A stretch of DNA of 60,276 nt, filler included, from Stramenopiles sp. TOSAG23-6 (lineage: Eukaryota): assembly GCA_900128565.1 (NCBI GenBank). It is 12 parts of 12 records of this genome, joined end to end, with 100 filler letters (N's around TTAATTAATTAA, not from the genome) between each part and the next. Parts side by side here need not be neighbours in the genome. Positions count along the whole stretch, not along the records: positions 10,102 to 15,045 come from LT637009.1; positions 15,146 to 20,086 come from LT637010.1; positions 20,187 to 25,122 come from LT637011.1; 9 more parts are not named here. One strand, written 5' to 3'. The translations under genes were made by a program, and so were the position numbers. Under the pieces are notes generated by a model. It did no database searches. It was not told the DNA's origin and saw only the letters and a program-made list of their open reading frames with translations. The stretch's first letter is position 1; every line of letters starts with the position of its first letter. Below, in pieces: positions 10,190 to 23,100 of the stretch.

Positions 10190-12809
10190 ATATATAGTAG
10201 AGTTTCTGTATATAAATGTGAAAGTTCTTCTGGTGATGTTATTCGATCCGTGACTATAAAGTCAATATAATCTCCACCAAAAGATGCAGGAAAACCCATG
10301 TAATTGCATTGAAACGTCGCAGGTTTCATAGCAAAAATTTCATTTCGATTACCAAAAGTATACCCATTTAAATTGATAAGAATATCTATATTATCGTTTT
10401 TAATTTCTTGTGCAGCTTTTTGATAACTCAAATGTCCAATATACACGAAATGATGAAGACTTTTTTCAATTTGACGCCTCCATCTACTTTCATCACTTTT
10501 CGTTAAAGCATAACAAAATATTTCAAATTTAGTTTTATCATGATATGCAAATAAATTCACAGTCAAATGTGCGAGTGGATGATCAGCAAAGTCAGACGAA
10601 ATATAACCGATACGCCAACGTCGTTCTTTTGATGTTGTTGTACTAACAGAATTTTTACTTACAATTCGATTGGATGTTTCATTGTCTTTACACGTATCAT
10701 TTAATATTTCAATTCGATTGGATGTTTCATTGTCTTTACTCTTATCATTTAATATTTCATTGTCATTAACATTACCTATCGCACAAGCATCAACATGTGC
10801 CCGCTTTGCATACAAATTTGCAATTTCAAGTCTTAATTCCGGTGTGAAGTCTAATGAGAGTGAAAGATGTGGATTGATAGTTGGAGTCTCTCCGTTTAAT
10901 ATTGATTTTTTAGTTACTTCTAAAACCCTCGGCATCAATAATTCTAGGGAAGTCCAGTCGCATATATGTTGGTATGAATTAGCTAAATTGGCGATACACA
11001 AACTGTGATTTGGATCTAGAAGAATGGCCTTCCTGCAGAACTTTATTGCACAATTAAAACGTTTCATATCGATGTATAATGATCCTAGATTAACGTAAGC
11101 ATTTATAAACTTGGGATTTAATTTTACCGCTTGTAGAAAAGAAAATTCCGCTTCCTGTATAAAACCTAAATCTCTCAACAATGTGCCTTTATTATTGTGC
11201 ACAAAGCCGTTATTTGGATCGATTTGTAAAGCACCGTCGTATGCCAACATACTATTTTTAAAATCTTTACGTTTTCTTAAAACATTACCTAGATTAACAA
11301 ATCCACCTATAAAATTATGAATACGAATTACGTCACGAAATACAGTCTCCGCCTTTGCCAATTGATTTGTCGATGTAAGCAAATTGCCCAATTGCAACAT
11401 CGTACCCAAACGGTATGGTTCAATATCTAAGACACTTTCCAACATTAACTTTGCTTGTTGTACACATTTCATTTCGTGTAATAAATTAGCATATCTTTCT
11501 CTGACATAGATAAAATTTGGATAGATTTGAATGGCTAATTTAAACCATTTTTCTGCGCGTATATAAAATCCGAGGCTTCTTTGAATATTTGCAAGATTGC
11601 ATATCGTGTAAATAGTATCTTGAGTTGTCAGAGTTATTTGATTTGTAGAAGGTATTTTATCTATTATAATGTTATCTACATTATTTATTTGTGTTATCTG
11701 ATGTGTAGAAGGCATTTCATCTATATTATTTATTTTGGTTATCTGATTGATAGAAGGCATATTATCCATATTATGTCCTTGTTTTTCGCGCATTCTTTTG
11801 GTATCATATTTGACATCTACATAGTTCTTATTTTCAATGATATTCTCATTTGTTTTAATTACTTCATCTAATGTAATTTTGAGTATTTCCTCGTAGATAT
11901 GTATTTTGGAAAAATATTTCAAAAAAAATATCGTTAGGTACAAAATTTCGTACTTTGAAAAAAAGTAAAACATATATGCATAGCCTGTATCTTTTCACCC
12001 GAGTCATTCAACGCATTACCTAGCATTCTCCAAATCTCAATATCGCTAGGGAGTACTGTGAAAAATATTTCAAAGAAAAATGATATGTTTTGTAAGGTAC
12101 GAAATTTCATACCAAAAAAAAATTGAAATTAGAATGTGCAACGTACAATAAGCTTATGAGCGACAGTAAAACATTTAACTGCAACATCTAAGTTTCTTTG
12201 TAGAGAAGCAATAATTCCGAGATTTTTCCAACTCAATGGCAACTCAGGAGAAAGTGATGTTGCAATTTCAAAATGATGTCGAGCCTTTGCAATTTCTTCA
12301 GTATTTGAGTATAAGACACCCAAATTGATGTGACATTTGACATTATTAGGATTTTCATTTATTGCTTGTAGATAAAGCATTTCTGCTTCCTCATAGGCAG
12401 CCTCAGACTCCAGTAACAAAGACGCAAGTTCACACATGGTATCAGTATCCTGTGGATTTATTTGGAGTGCACATCTGTATTTAACAATAGCTTCGTTAGG
12501 TCGGTCAAGTGATGTAAGAACATGACCAATATTGGAATATGCCAAGGCTCGTAAAGGCGTTGGATCATCCTCTCCTTGGAGTTTTATCGCAGTTTCGAAT
12601 AGTTTAAGTGACTCTGTATGTCGACCAAGTTTATAAACAATTGTGCCAAGTAAAAGCGCACTTTCTTCATTATGTTTAATGTTTTCTAAGTCAGACAGTG
12701 AGGCCTCATTCAGGATGTCAAATGCCTCTGTCACCTTTCCCTCGTAAAACTTTTTATGCGCGAGGCACAGCGCGGCAGCACTAAAGTGTCTGTCGCTGCG
12801 ACTTAACAT
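10190..12809 (-). CDS. OGT: O-GlcNAc transferase-like (TPR + GT41), 3' partial; exons 12809-12147, 12050-11976, 11898-10190
   Basis: Many TPRs, then RIGYISSDFADHPLAHL, IDILINLNGYT and EIFAMKPA..Q..YMGFPAS. Confidence 0.85.
11899..11975 (-). other. Family intron with ATATGT in place of GTATGT (AT...AT)
   Basis: Full internal consensus and CCAAAATACAT end. Joins MH|IYEE. Confidence 0.65.
12051..12146 (-). other. Family intron, GT...TC (acceptor uncertain by +/-3 nt)
   Basis: GTACGT...TTCACAGTACTC. Joins HKLI|PSDIE. The nearby CAG gives a frameshift and stop. Confidence 0.55.
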
Positions 12810-12956
12810 TATGGATCCGTCTCCTCAGAACTTTTGTGTTTGACACAATTTGATTTTGTTATCTGGTGGTATCTGGTAGGGTAGCAAACGTAGCAAATAC
12901 CTAAAAGCGTGACGCAAGCGTGACGTGGTGTCCGAAAAAACTTCCGAAAAAAACAG

Positions 12957-13557
12957 AGCTGTGATGTGATTACTGATTATGATTATGATTATGATTACGG
13001 GCAGGTTTGTCGATTATGATTATGATTATGATTACTAGAGGTCTACTGATTTTGATTATGATTACGATTACTTGAGGTCTACTGATTATGATTATGATTA
13101 TGATTACTAGAGGTCTACTGATTATGATTATGATTATAATATGATTACACACTTGTAATCCGATTACATGTTTTTAATCAGATTACTTATATGTAATCAC
13201 ATTTTTTGAAATAATAAATGATTATTTTCTAATTTTTTGAAATAATCAATGATTATTTTCTAATTTAATCATGTGATTACCCAAGTAATCACCTGAATAA
13301 TCATGTAATTACCTGATTACATTATGTAATTACACTGTAATCAGTAATCAGATTTGTAATCTGATTACTTAGATATGATTATGATTACAGGCATTCTATT
13401 GATTATGATTATGATTTGATTACAGTCAGTTGGTGTGATTATGATTATGATTATGATTACCAAGAGTCGTAATCACATGATTATGATTACTCCTGATTAC
13501 GTAATTTAATCATAATCACTTTATGTAATCAGATTACCGGGTAATCACATCACAGCT
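12957..13557. mobile_element. MITE-like element with 17-bp terminal inverted repeats and GATTAY-rich interior
   Basis: AGCTGTGATGTGATTAC (12957-12973) is the exact reverse complement of GTAATCACATCACAGCT (13541-13557). Non-coding; no clear TSD. Confidence 0.7.
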
Positions 13558-13769
13558 AAAAGCACAAACCGGCAAAGCAAAAAAGCAAATCAAAAAAAAA
13601 CAGTTACAGCTTCGTTTAAATTTCATTGAAATTTTGATTTTCTCACATGCACGTGTCTGACTGTGTCTATTTATTATAGCCTGGCTGTATTTACCTCCTT
13701 TATCCTCCTCCTCTTGAGATCAGAATAAACTTGGTTCAGTCAAATTGCATTTGATTTGACTTTGCTTAA

Positions 13770-14992
13770 ATGGCTCAAAAGCTTCCAATGAAGAACAATA
13801 TTACTGTGAAAAAAATACAACAGAATTATTCTTCCCGGTTACACACTAATTCGTCTTTAATTTCGTTGAAACTCGTGGTAAAAACACTAACTGCACTTCT
13901 CTGTGTATGTTGGTTTTGGCGACCTCCCCAACTTGTTGCATTAATATCTTCCTTTGTAGATTCAGTGAGAATGGGGCATCTGGCAGAATTGGTCATCGCT
14001 TTCAATGTATTCCTTGAAAAGACTGGTGTACCTGGACCGTTTCCTTCTGCTGAGCAATACATCCTAGTTTTGGTTGGTTTCGTCATATGTACCACATCTC
14101 GTTTTCTACTGTATCAGAGAGGTCAATATTATAAATCATACAATACTGATCAAGAAATATCTGCTTTATGTCATCATATTAAAGAACTCCAGGAAGTCGT
14201 AAAAACGAATGAGCATTTAAAGTTGCGAGCATCAGTTTCTGGAGGCTCCAAAGGTCAAAAACCTGTGCGCATTTTCATGGAAGGTGCATTTGACCTTATG
14301 CATTATGGACACATGAATGCGTTTCGTTTAGGTGCTTCGCTTGCCGATAATGTGGAATTGATCGTAGGAGTTAATAGTTCAGCCTCTATTACTGAATGCA
14401 AAGGGAGTGCACCTTGTATGTCTGATACGGAACGCCAAGAGGCTGTACGAGGATGCCGCTTTGTGCATGAAGTAGTCCCAGATGTGCCCTACGTCATGAG
14501 TGAGAAATACTTAAATATGGTGATGGAAAAATATTCTATTGATTACATAGTTCATGGTGATGATCCAGTTATTGTCAATGGAAAAGATGTGTACAGACAT
14601 GTGAAGAGTATGGGCAAGTATAGATGTATGTTTTGTTTTATACGAAGTTTTGTACCTAAACATTTTTTTTAAAATTTGTTTTTTAAGAATTTTTTTTTAA
14701 ATGTTGTACTTAAACATTTTTTTTTGAAATATTGCTTCACTGTACATCAATTCCTAGAACTGAAGGCGTTTCCACAACTGATATTGTAGGGAGGATGCTC
14801 TTATGTTCAAGTGATCATCATTATAATACAACTGAAAATATCAATGAAAATATCAATGAGAATCAAGCACACAACAAATCTTCAAGCTTTTATACAACGT
14901 CAAGTCTTCTACGCTCATTTGCGAAAGACTCTCAAATCAAACCAGATGGAGCTAAAGTTGTTTATATCGATGGAACTTGGGACATGTTTCAT
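13770..14992 (+). CDS. PCYT2: Ethanolamine-phosphate cytidylyltransferase, 3' partial; intron 14626-14747
   Basis: GAFDLMHYGHMNA, IVHGDD, PRTEGVSTTDIVGRML, and second domain VYIDGTWDMFH. Confidence 0.9.
14626..14747 (+). other. Family intron, GT...AT
   Basis: Removal gives GKYR-S-IPRTEGVSTT in frame. Confidence 0.85.
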
Positions 14993-15236
14993 GTATGTTT
15001 TATTTTTTTTCAATTTCGAATTTATTTTTCGTACGAAATTTTGTANNNNNNNNNNNNNNNNNNNNNNNNNNNNNNNNNNNNNNNNNNNNTTAATTAATTA
15101 ANNNNNNNNNNNNNNNNNNNNNNNNNNNNNNNNNNNNNNNNNNNNAAAAATATTTCAAAAAAAAAACTAAAATTTGTTAGGTACAAAATTTCGTACGAAA
15201 CCAAAAAATTAAATTAGAAATTCATATAAAACGTAC

Positions 15237-16354
15237 ATAGTAATTCTAGAATTCGAGATTTGGCAGCTAATGCAACGGCACCATAACCCCCCTTTCCCCC
15301 AAGGGCTTTCGCGGCATCTATTAAAATTGGATCTTGAACATCTGATTCTTGAAGGCTTAAAGTGTGTAGGAGAAAACTATGTAAAACAGAGGACCAAGTG
15401 AGTACATTGAGCATGTATTTTTGAAAAATATTTCAAAAAATCTAAAAAAAAATGTTAGGTACAAAATTTCGTACGAAAAATAATTTCGAAATTGAAAAAA
15501 AATAAAACATACATACTAGATAATTCAAAGAAACGACGTCGATATTTCTGTATTTCAGATTTTGTGTTACTTTTTAATATTATAGTCAATAATGTAATAT
15601 GAGCTTCGCGTATAAGTAGAGGCATTTTTGAAGAAGCTGAAACACCATTATCTTTTGATATTGAGGAGTTTACTAAGGCACCGATGAGTTGCTCTAATGA
15701 AAAAGGAACCATTCTTACCGCATCTCCAAAACGATAAAAGAATTGCCAAACCACCAGAAGTTCAGAACTAGTCTTTGAATCCTTTTGAAGCTCAGGTGTA
15801 AGTGTGAAGATACCATCTGGATTTGGCCAATCAGGTATATCAACACCACGGAGAAGTTCTTCTTTCTCATTTTGTTTGTCATCAATCGGAAAGCGTTTCA
15901 ACCATAGTTTATACGCTGCTGCCTCCTTCTTCTTCTTGAGACGTTCAGCTTTAGCCTTCTTGCGTCTTGCAATCACCTCACGTTTACGTTTCGCTTTGAG
16001 GGCCCTTTTCTTTGCCGCCAGAGCCTTGTTCTGAGTTTTTTTCTTTCGTTTTTTCAAACTCATTTTGCCTAATTTTTTTCCAAGCTGAGTCAGCTTGAAC
16101 GAAGCCCGAACCTTTTCAAAGATTTTTTTTGAAACACCAGCCTTGATTGCACGTCGAAGTGGTAGCTTACAAGCCGCAGATGTGACTCCACAATTTGCAA
16201 CAATCCATTTTTCAATGGCAATGACAGAAGAACCGTGTCTATCTTTTAAAGCTGCAATAGCCATTCTCGCCATTTCCAAATATGTCGCTTTCTTAGCTTT
16301 CGTTTTTTTTTCAGCAATCACTGAAGACATATTTCCCGAGGAGCTTTCAGCCAT
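15237..16354 (-). CDS. Linker histone H1/H5 globular domain + DDT-like domain chromatin protein, 3' partial; intron 15413-15512
   Basis: TYLEMARMAIAALKDRHGSSVIAIEKWI (H15). ELLVVWQFFYRFGD...FSLEQLI...LLIREAHITLL...MLNVLTW (DDT-like). Confidence 0.75.
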
Positions 16355-16726
16355 TCTATTCCAAACTATTGATAAATGAGACTCTCTGGAAGATAATCCA
16401 CAGTCGGGTACGAATGTGACAATGGTCAATAAAAAGCTTCTGTCTCGCTATAAATCGTTCTAACTTCTATCCCAGGAGGTCCTTTTTTGAGCTCGCGCCG
16501 TCAGTCAAAATTCCGAGTGATGTCACTGATGTCGTCGATTGTATTTTTGAATTTCTCAATTTGTTATCATTTTACTAGTTACCCGGCACACGGACCGGTC
16601 AAAAATTTCGGATCTCGAGTCTCGCTCTCGAGTCTCGACATTATTTTTTTTATTTTTTTTGAATAATCTTCTTCATAGTCTTCAAGGGGAATTTGAAATG
16701 AACGAGTAGTACTGGAGATTTCACCA

Positions 16727-18031
16727 ATGATCGGAAAGAGTCAATTTTCAAGTAGTGAGGAATTTGACGAATACGTGTCCGTGGATGAAGAAAGTGACCA
16801 TATAAATGTCAGTGTCGGAAAAGTTTCCAAACATTCTCAATTTTTAGCCACTATTGCGAATATTTTTAGATCGTTTCTACCACGAATAGTTATCAGTGGA
16901 AATGATGAAAATGATGTATCTTTGATGTCCAAAAATGAGTCAAAGACGTCAATTATGAATGTATCTGTATCTGACAAGGTACTGGAGAAATGTTCACTGT
17001 CTTCGCACACAGCAACATCGGACTCGGAATCCGAAGCAAATCCAAAAACAGAAGATTCAAAAAACAAAAATCCAAAAACAGAAGATTCAAAAGACAAAGA
17101 TCACTGTGTGGTAAAGCTTGGGAATTTACAAACAGAGGACGATTTGAGGAATGTGCAAGTAATGGCTAATCGTAACTTTCACCGAGCTGTCCGAAAGAGA
17201 AAGAAATTAGCTCGAAAACGATCACTTCAGTTTGCAGAATGTATGTCCTTATCCAAGAGCCGTATAAAACTTGCAGATGGTTTAAAAAAGAAAGGAAATA
17301 AAATCCTTAAAGAAGCTGAAAAAATTAAAAATAAATATGGATTTGAACGTAACGATGAGATTGAATCTTTGTTGATTCTAGCGAGTCGTAATTATCGAGA
17401 GGCCATTCGTTGCTTCGATAATATGGACATATTTGGCAAAGCGGCATCTAAGCACCGTTCAAAAACACACTCATTTACTAGAACTCTGGGCGAAGTAAGT
17501 TCAAATGATAAAAATATAATTCGTATGCAAAGTAGTCGAAATGGTCGAGATGGTCAAGATGTAATACAGAAAGTCAGAGATTTGCTTGTATCCCTTCATT
17601 TAAATTTGGCACATTGTATGCTTCATCTTAATGACGCCGAGAAGACTACTTCAAACTGTGATTTTTGTCTTGAGTTATTAGATGTCTTCGAACCATATCC
17701 AACAGAAGATAACTGCAACATGTCAAAAAAAAGACGAAAAGTTCATTTTCGATTAGCGCTTGCATTAGAAAAACTTGGTGATCATATTGGAGCAATACAA
17801 CAAATTCTGTACATTTGTGGGTTATTAGAATATAATCAGAAAAGTCCATTAGGTATAGATGATCTGGTACGAATTTGTCACACACGAAAAGAAAACATGC
17901 GACAGATTTTTTCAAGACATGGAAAAATACGTGAATTGTTTCATCGATGCAAAACTATTATAGACAAAAACATAGAAACTGAAAAAAAAATTGCTCGATC
18001 AATGTTTGTACCCGCAAAAACTTCTACGTAA
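16727..18031 (+). CDS. TPR-containing protein
   Basis: LKKKGN...NYREAI, LHLNLAHCML and KVHFRLALALEKLGD TPR motifs. Intronless. Confidence 0.7.
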   Translation: MIGKSQFSSSEEFDEYVSVDEESDHINVSVGKVSKHSQFLATIANIFRSFLPRIVISGNDENDVSLMSKNESKTSIMNVSVSDKVLEKCSLSSHTATSDSESEANPKTEDSKNKNPKTEDSKDKDHCVVKLGNLQTEDDLRNVQVMANRNFHRAVRKRKKLARKRSLQFAECMSLSKSRIKLADGLKKKGNKILKEAEKIKNKYGFERNDEIESLLILASRNYREAIRCFDNMDIFGKAASKHRSKTHSFTRTLGEVSSNDKNIIRMQSSRNGRDGQDVIQKVRDLLVSLHLNLAHCMLHLNDAEKTTSNCDFCLELLDVFEPYPTEDNCNMSKKRRKVHFRLALALEKLGDHIGAIQQILYICGLLEYNQKSPLGIDDLVRICHTRKENMRQIFSRHGKIRELFHRCKTIIDKNIETEKKIARSMFVPAKTST

Positions 18032-18320
18032 AACTGAAAAGAAAATTGCTCGATCAATGTTTGCACCCGCAAAAACTTCTACGTAAAACTACGGTATCCG
18101 TCCAACCGGATAATTTGCCAAAAATTTCTAAAGATCAAATTCAAAACGAAAAAAATAAAAATGTGAAAATAAATCAAGTTTGTTGTAAGTTTATGATTTA
18201 TTGAAGTTTGGAGATAGCAAACATTTGCACACCGAATATTTTATTTTGTGAACTCTTCAAAGCATAGTGGAATAAAGTATCACACCTTTTTTTATCATTA
18301 TTATCATCATTGAAGATTTT

Positions 18321-19440
18321 TCAAACACCAACTCCACGAATGTCATCAAATTCCGTTCCTTCATCATCAATTTGTTGATTATAACTACCATTACGAGTCT
18401 TAGGTTCAATTGATTCCAAGTCAATATTAACTGTACTAACATTTGGTGTCATTTCAACATCATTTTCAAGATCATCCATTCGACCTCTCGTGTTTCCACC
18501 ACTTCCTTGGAGAAGAGGGTAATAAGCGTAGCACATGTATTTTGGAAAAATATTTCAAAAAAAATCTAAAAAAATTGTTAGGTACAAAATGTAGTACGAA
18601 AACAAAAAAATTCGAAATTGAAAAAAAATAAAACATACATAAACCAGACATAAAAGTTACAAGATCCATAAAATGTTGTAAACTCAATTGCATAAATTAC
18701 CTCTGGTGCAAAAGCGCCAACGGCGATTCCAATAAGAGCAAGAAACATTGCAATAACTGAGATTCCAAATAGAAAAATAAATTGTGGTTTTGTTGCTCCA
18801 TTTCTCGTCGCCATCATTACTGCACGAATCACCAAGAAGAATGCATATAAAAAGTAAAAAGTGATAAACGTTTCGCAGAGGGCCTTTGCAAAACCAACAT
18901 GTTTTGTGAAAGATTTTTGTTTTTACAAAAAAAACCGTTAGGTACAAAATTTGGTACAATTTTGTTTTGAAAATGAATGATGAAAACGTACATGTTTAAA
19001 ATTTTCCATTGCATAAGATGTTGGGTCAGATTCGGTTTGCATACGAACAAACATAAATATTGTAATGTAAAGCAACCAAATGAATATGCATAAAACACCC
19101 TTTGGAAAATAGAAACAAAATCCTCTAGGATGTTCACGTTCGCTCCAGAACGACTCCTTCGAAATAATATCAAATACATGTATTGCGAAAAAATATTTCA
19201 AAAAACATTTCGTTAGGTACAAAATTTCGTATGAAAAAAAATGTATCTAAAAAATTCATTTTTGAAAACGTACACATAACCAAAACATGAGAAGAGATGC
19301 AAGGAATGTAGCTTCGGCTGTGATGTTCAAACCTATCCAAAACACTGCTGGAGAGTAGATTTCAATTACAAAAAAAGGGTCATTGAAGAATATCAGCAAT
19401 ACAGATAGACCTAAGATCCAACGCTGTTCATAAGACCAGT
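18321..19440 (-). CDS. TMEM181/Wntless-like membrane protein, 3' part; introns 19178-19273, 18899-18991, 18535-18638; one apparent frameshift near 18880
   Basis: WSYEQRWIL...FNDPFF, LLMFWLC|VFD, FYFPK, NFYVWFM|CYAYYP. Confidence 0.75.
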
Positions 19441-19543
19441 ATGTATTTTGGAAAAATATTTCAAAAAAAAATCTAAAAATATTTGTTAGGTACAAAATTT
19501 CGTACGAAAAAAAATTCGAATTTGAAAAAAAATAAAAACATAC

Positions 19544-20022
19544 ATAATGTCTAATGATCCTGATCCTACAATTAATGTAATTTGTGCAATCATCCAAGTG
19601 ACTACAACGGCACGCCTTGGCTCGTCTCCTTTAACGGTACCTTTAGCAAAGAAGTCAAGAATGTTAAGAGGCCAAGGGAAAAGTTCGTCTCGTGCAAGAG
19701 CTTGCAACACACGCGAACCTCCAAATAAAGAACCCAATGCTGAAGATAAGGAAGAAACCAAAATACCAGTCAGAAGAATTCCTGGGGGAATGGTACTTTG
19801 TTGAAAGACATTATCATTAAATTTAAGAGATGCTCTGTTGAACGACCCTGCAAATACAACGATTAAAACACTATATGTAATTAACGCAGTGAAGACAGCG
19901 AGAAGTGTTCCCTTTGGAATAGATCTTGCTGGGTCTCTTAAATCTCCTGATAAATTTGCCCCTTCCATGATTCCAGTAGCGGCAGGAAATACTATCGCAA
20001 ACACATTATGAAAAGAACATAG
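19544..20022 (-). CDS. SLC12 cation-chloride cotransporter (SLC12A8/9-like) internal exon
   Basis: FAIVFPAATGIMEGANLSGDLRDPARSIPKGTL, GGSRVLQALARD, EPRRAV. Confidence 0.9.
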
Positions 20023-20186
20023 CTGTATTTTAGAAAAATATTTCAAAAAAAAAAACTTAAATTTGTTAGGTACAAAATTTCGTACGNNNNNNNNNNNNNN
20101 NNNNNNNNNNNNNNNNNNNNNNNNNNNNNNTTAATTAATTAANNNNNNNNNNNNNNNNNNNNNNNNNNNNNNNNNNNNNNNNNNNN

Positions 20187-23100
20187 ATTGGCATCATCGT
20201 ACTCATCCTACAGAACCAGCACACTTGATACTTCAAATAAAGCATCTATTTAATAAACTAGATGTTGAAAATACTGGTACATTAGATAAAGAAAAAGTGG
20301 TACTCCTTCTAAAACAAACAGGAAATAAACTCACTGGCAAGTATAGCTTTGGAATTCATGGGGTAAAACCAGAGACTGCATTTAAGGAAATGGATTTGAA
20401 TAATGATAATATGGTATCGTTGGATGAGTTTGTCGGTTGGCAACTTGAACATAATAAAGCAAAAAATGCAAAAAACGCATTTGTCGGGTCAAAAAGGGGT
20501 GAAGCTGCATCAGGTTTAACGATGGGTGTGGCACAAATCAAGATTGCAACGACAATATTTAACCGCTTGGTCTCGGAATACAATGAAACAAGAATGAAAC
20601 AAAAGTCGGTAGAAACAAAGATTTCGACTAGAGATGCATATGATTCAATTCTTGTACGTGAGATTACACCCTTATTACGTAGAGATGAAGAAGCAGCAGC
20701 ATTTATTGGTGTGAATATTTCCAATGATCAATCTTATCAAATGACAGATAGAATAGTGAGTACTTTCAATGCAATTGATAAATCAGGCAATGATCAGATT
20801 GTACTAGCTGACTTTATTGCATTTGTAAAGGAAACTCATCGATATCTCGCTAGTGAAGAGAATGACAGTTCAAATGAGCAAACAAAAAGAGAGAGAAGAA
20901 TTGAAAAATTACTCTTAAAAGGCAAAGAAATTGTAAAGTGTAGAAAAGATACATTTCAAAATGTAACAAAAGAAAACAAAATAGAGAAATCCAAAACTAA
21001 TTATCATCAATCATCAATGAAAGAAATAATCAGCGTTTGTTCTCGTGAAAACACTGAAAATAATGATTCATTTATTCAAGGTATGTTTTCCTTACTTACA
21101 AAAAAGTTAAAAGCGTTTGAAGTTCAATTCAAAATATCCGAAAATGAAGCTATGAGTGCCGCGGATGTACTTATGACTAAACGTTCGTTAGGTAAGAAAT
21201 CTCGTACTAAACTAGTAGAACTGCAAAACTGTAAGAAAACTCTGAAGCAAACTGAGAAATCTATGGACAATATTTGTCAAATCCAGTCTTTACAATGGCA
21301 AATACAGGCATGGGAAGATATAATTATTGCTAATGAGGAGGAAATATCAAAGGCAACGAAACAGTTTGAAAAGTTGTTGTGTGTATTGAACAAGAACAAA
21401 ATAATTCTAAATTACCTACAAAAACGAGTACGTAACGCAGCTACGTATCGATCATTTATAAAATCTACAAATATCTGGAAATTGTATAAGCTCTTAGTTC
21501 TACATCTTAAAGAGAGGGTTCAGTCAGCTAAAGAAGCTTGGATAGACTTACACAAGAATACTGACATTAATTTGACAATATTACACCAATTTAATGAAAA
21601 GCCAAAATTAAAGAAAGATCTAAAAGTCGATGATACACAAAGAAAATTATCAAATCAAATAAATTTATTTTTAAAGTCACGAGAAAATGCGGAAGAACGA
21701 ATTGAACATTATTATACAGTAGTAAATACGGAAATTGCAAATTTAGAGCTATCTATACGTCAGTGTAATGGCAATGAATCATCTAATTTTATTAACCAGT
21801 CTATAGATGCTTTACACCAATACAAAGAAGCAATCTCGCAATTTGCTTTTGCTACAATCCAAATCGATCTTACAATAAAACGAGAAAAGAATACAAAAAA
21901 CAAAATTCAAGTAATACAAGAAAATATGGACAATTCAAATGACATTACCATTAATAATAATACTGAAATCGACAATTCGTCATTATATGAAATTCTTCAA
22001 CTGATCAATCGCTCAAATGTTGACACTAATGCATTTATAACACCACGATTATATGGCTACGATATGTATATTGATGGAATTCCCTTTCTGCAATATATCA
22101 CAAATATTTCAGAAGAAGTTGTCTTTCAGAATAATACAAAATCTGATACTAAACATGAAAAGATTCTACATAATGAAAATTCTAGTAGTGGATTTTTTTA
22201 CAATATTAACACAACTCACCACTATATACCGAAATATATGTCTCTAATTTTATCCGATATGAAAATTCTTCTTCGCAAATTAAGTATTTCAATATCCTTA
22301 CTAGACTATAAAAAAAATATTGTACAAACTCAATTAGTAAAAGACATTTGGCTTCATGAACCCGAAGAAGAAAAAAATACATCCAATAAAGCCTCAAATA
22401 CAAGTACACAAAAAAATTGGATCGAAAGTTTAACGAACAAAATCAATTTGAGTAGTCCAACAAAAACACAAATCAATAACACTGCAAAAGTAGATGCACG
22501 TATACGTCAATTATTTACAAAGTATGATAAACACAATACAGGTACTTTAGATAAGAAATCGATTGGTAAATTATCAAAAGATATGGGTGAAAAACTTACA
22601 ACTCTTATTGGACATAAAAAGCTTGATATGGCATTTGCAGATATGAATCCTAATGATGATGATAGAGTTACACTTGATAACTTCTTAGATTGGCATCATC
22701 GTACTCATCCTACAGAACCAGCACACTTGATACTTCAAATAAAACATCTATTTAATAAACTAGATATTGAAAATACTGGTACATTAGATGAAAAGAATAT
22801 CAAAATACTACTGAAACAAACAGGAAACAAACTCACTGGTAAATTTAGTTTGCATAAACATAAAAAACTTGATAATGCATTTGCAGAAATGGATACAGAT
22901 CACAGTGGTGTAGTTACATGTGACGAATTTATTGATTGGCAACAAGGTGTTCATCATATTCAACCACAGTCTGTAACAAAGAAGGATCAAGTGGAAAGCA
23001 ATGATGATGCTTCCTTCAAGACAACATCGGCTAAAATACCAGTACTTGCACCCACAGACGACATTCTTCATGGCAACGATAACGATAAAACATCACCTGA

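Noticed and set aside
12970-13152. Ile-rich 60-aa ORF
   Set aside because: Translation of the GATTAT repeat inside the MITE-like element.
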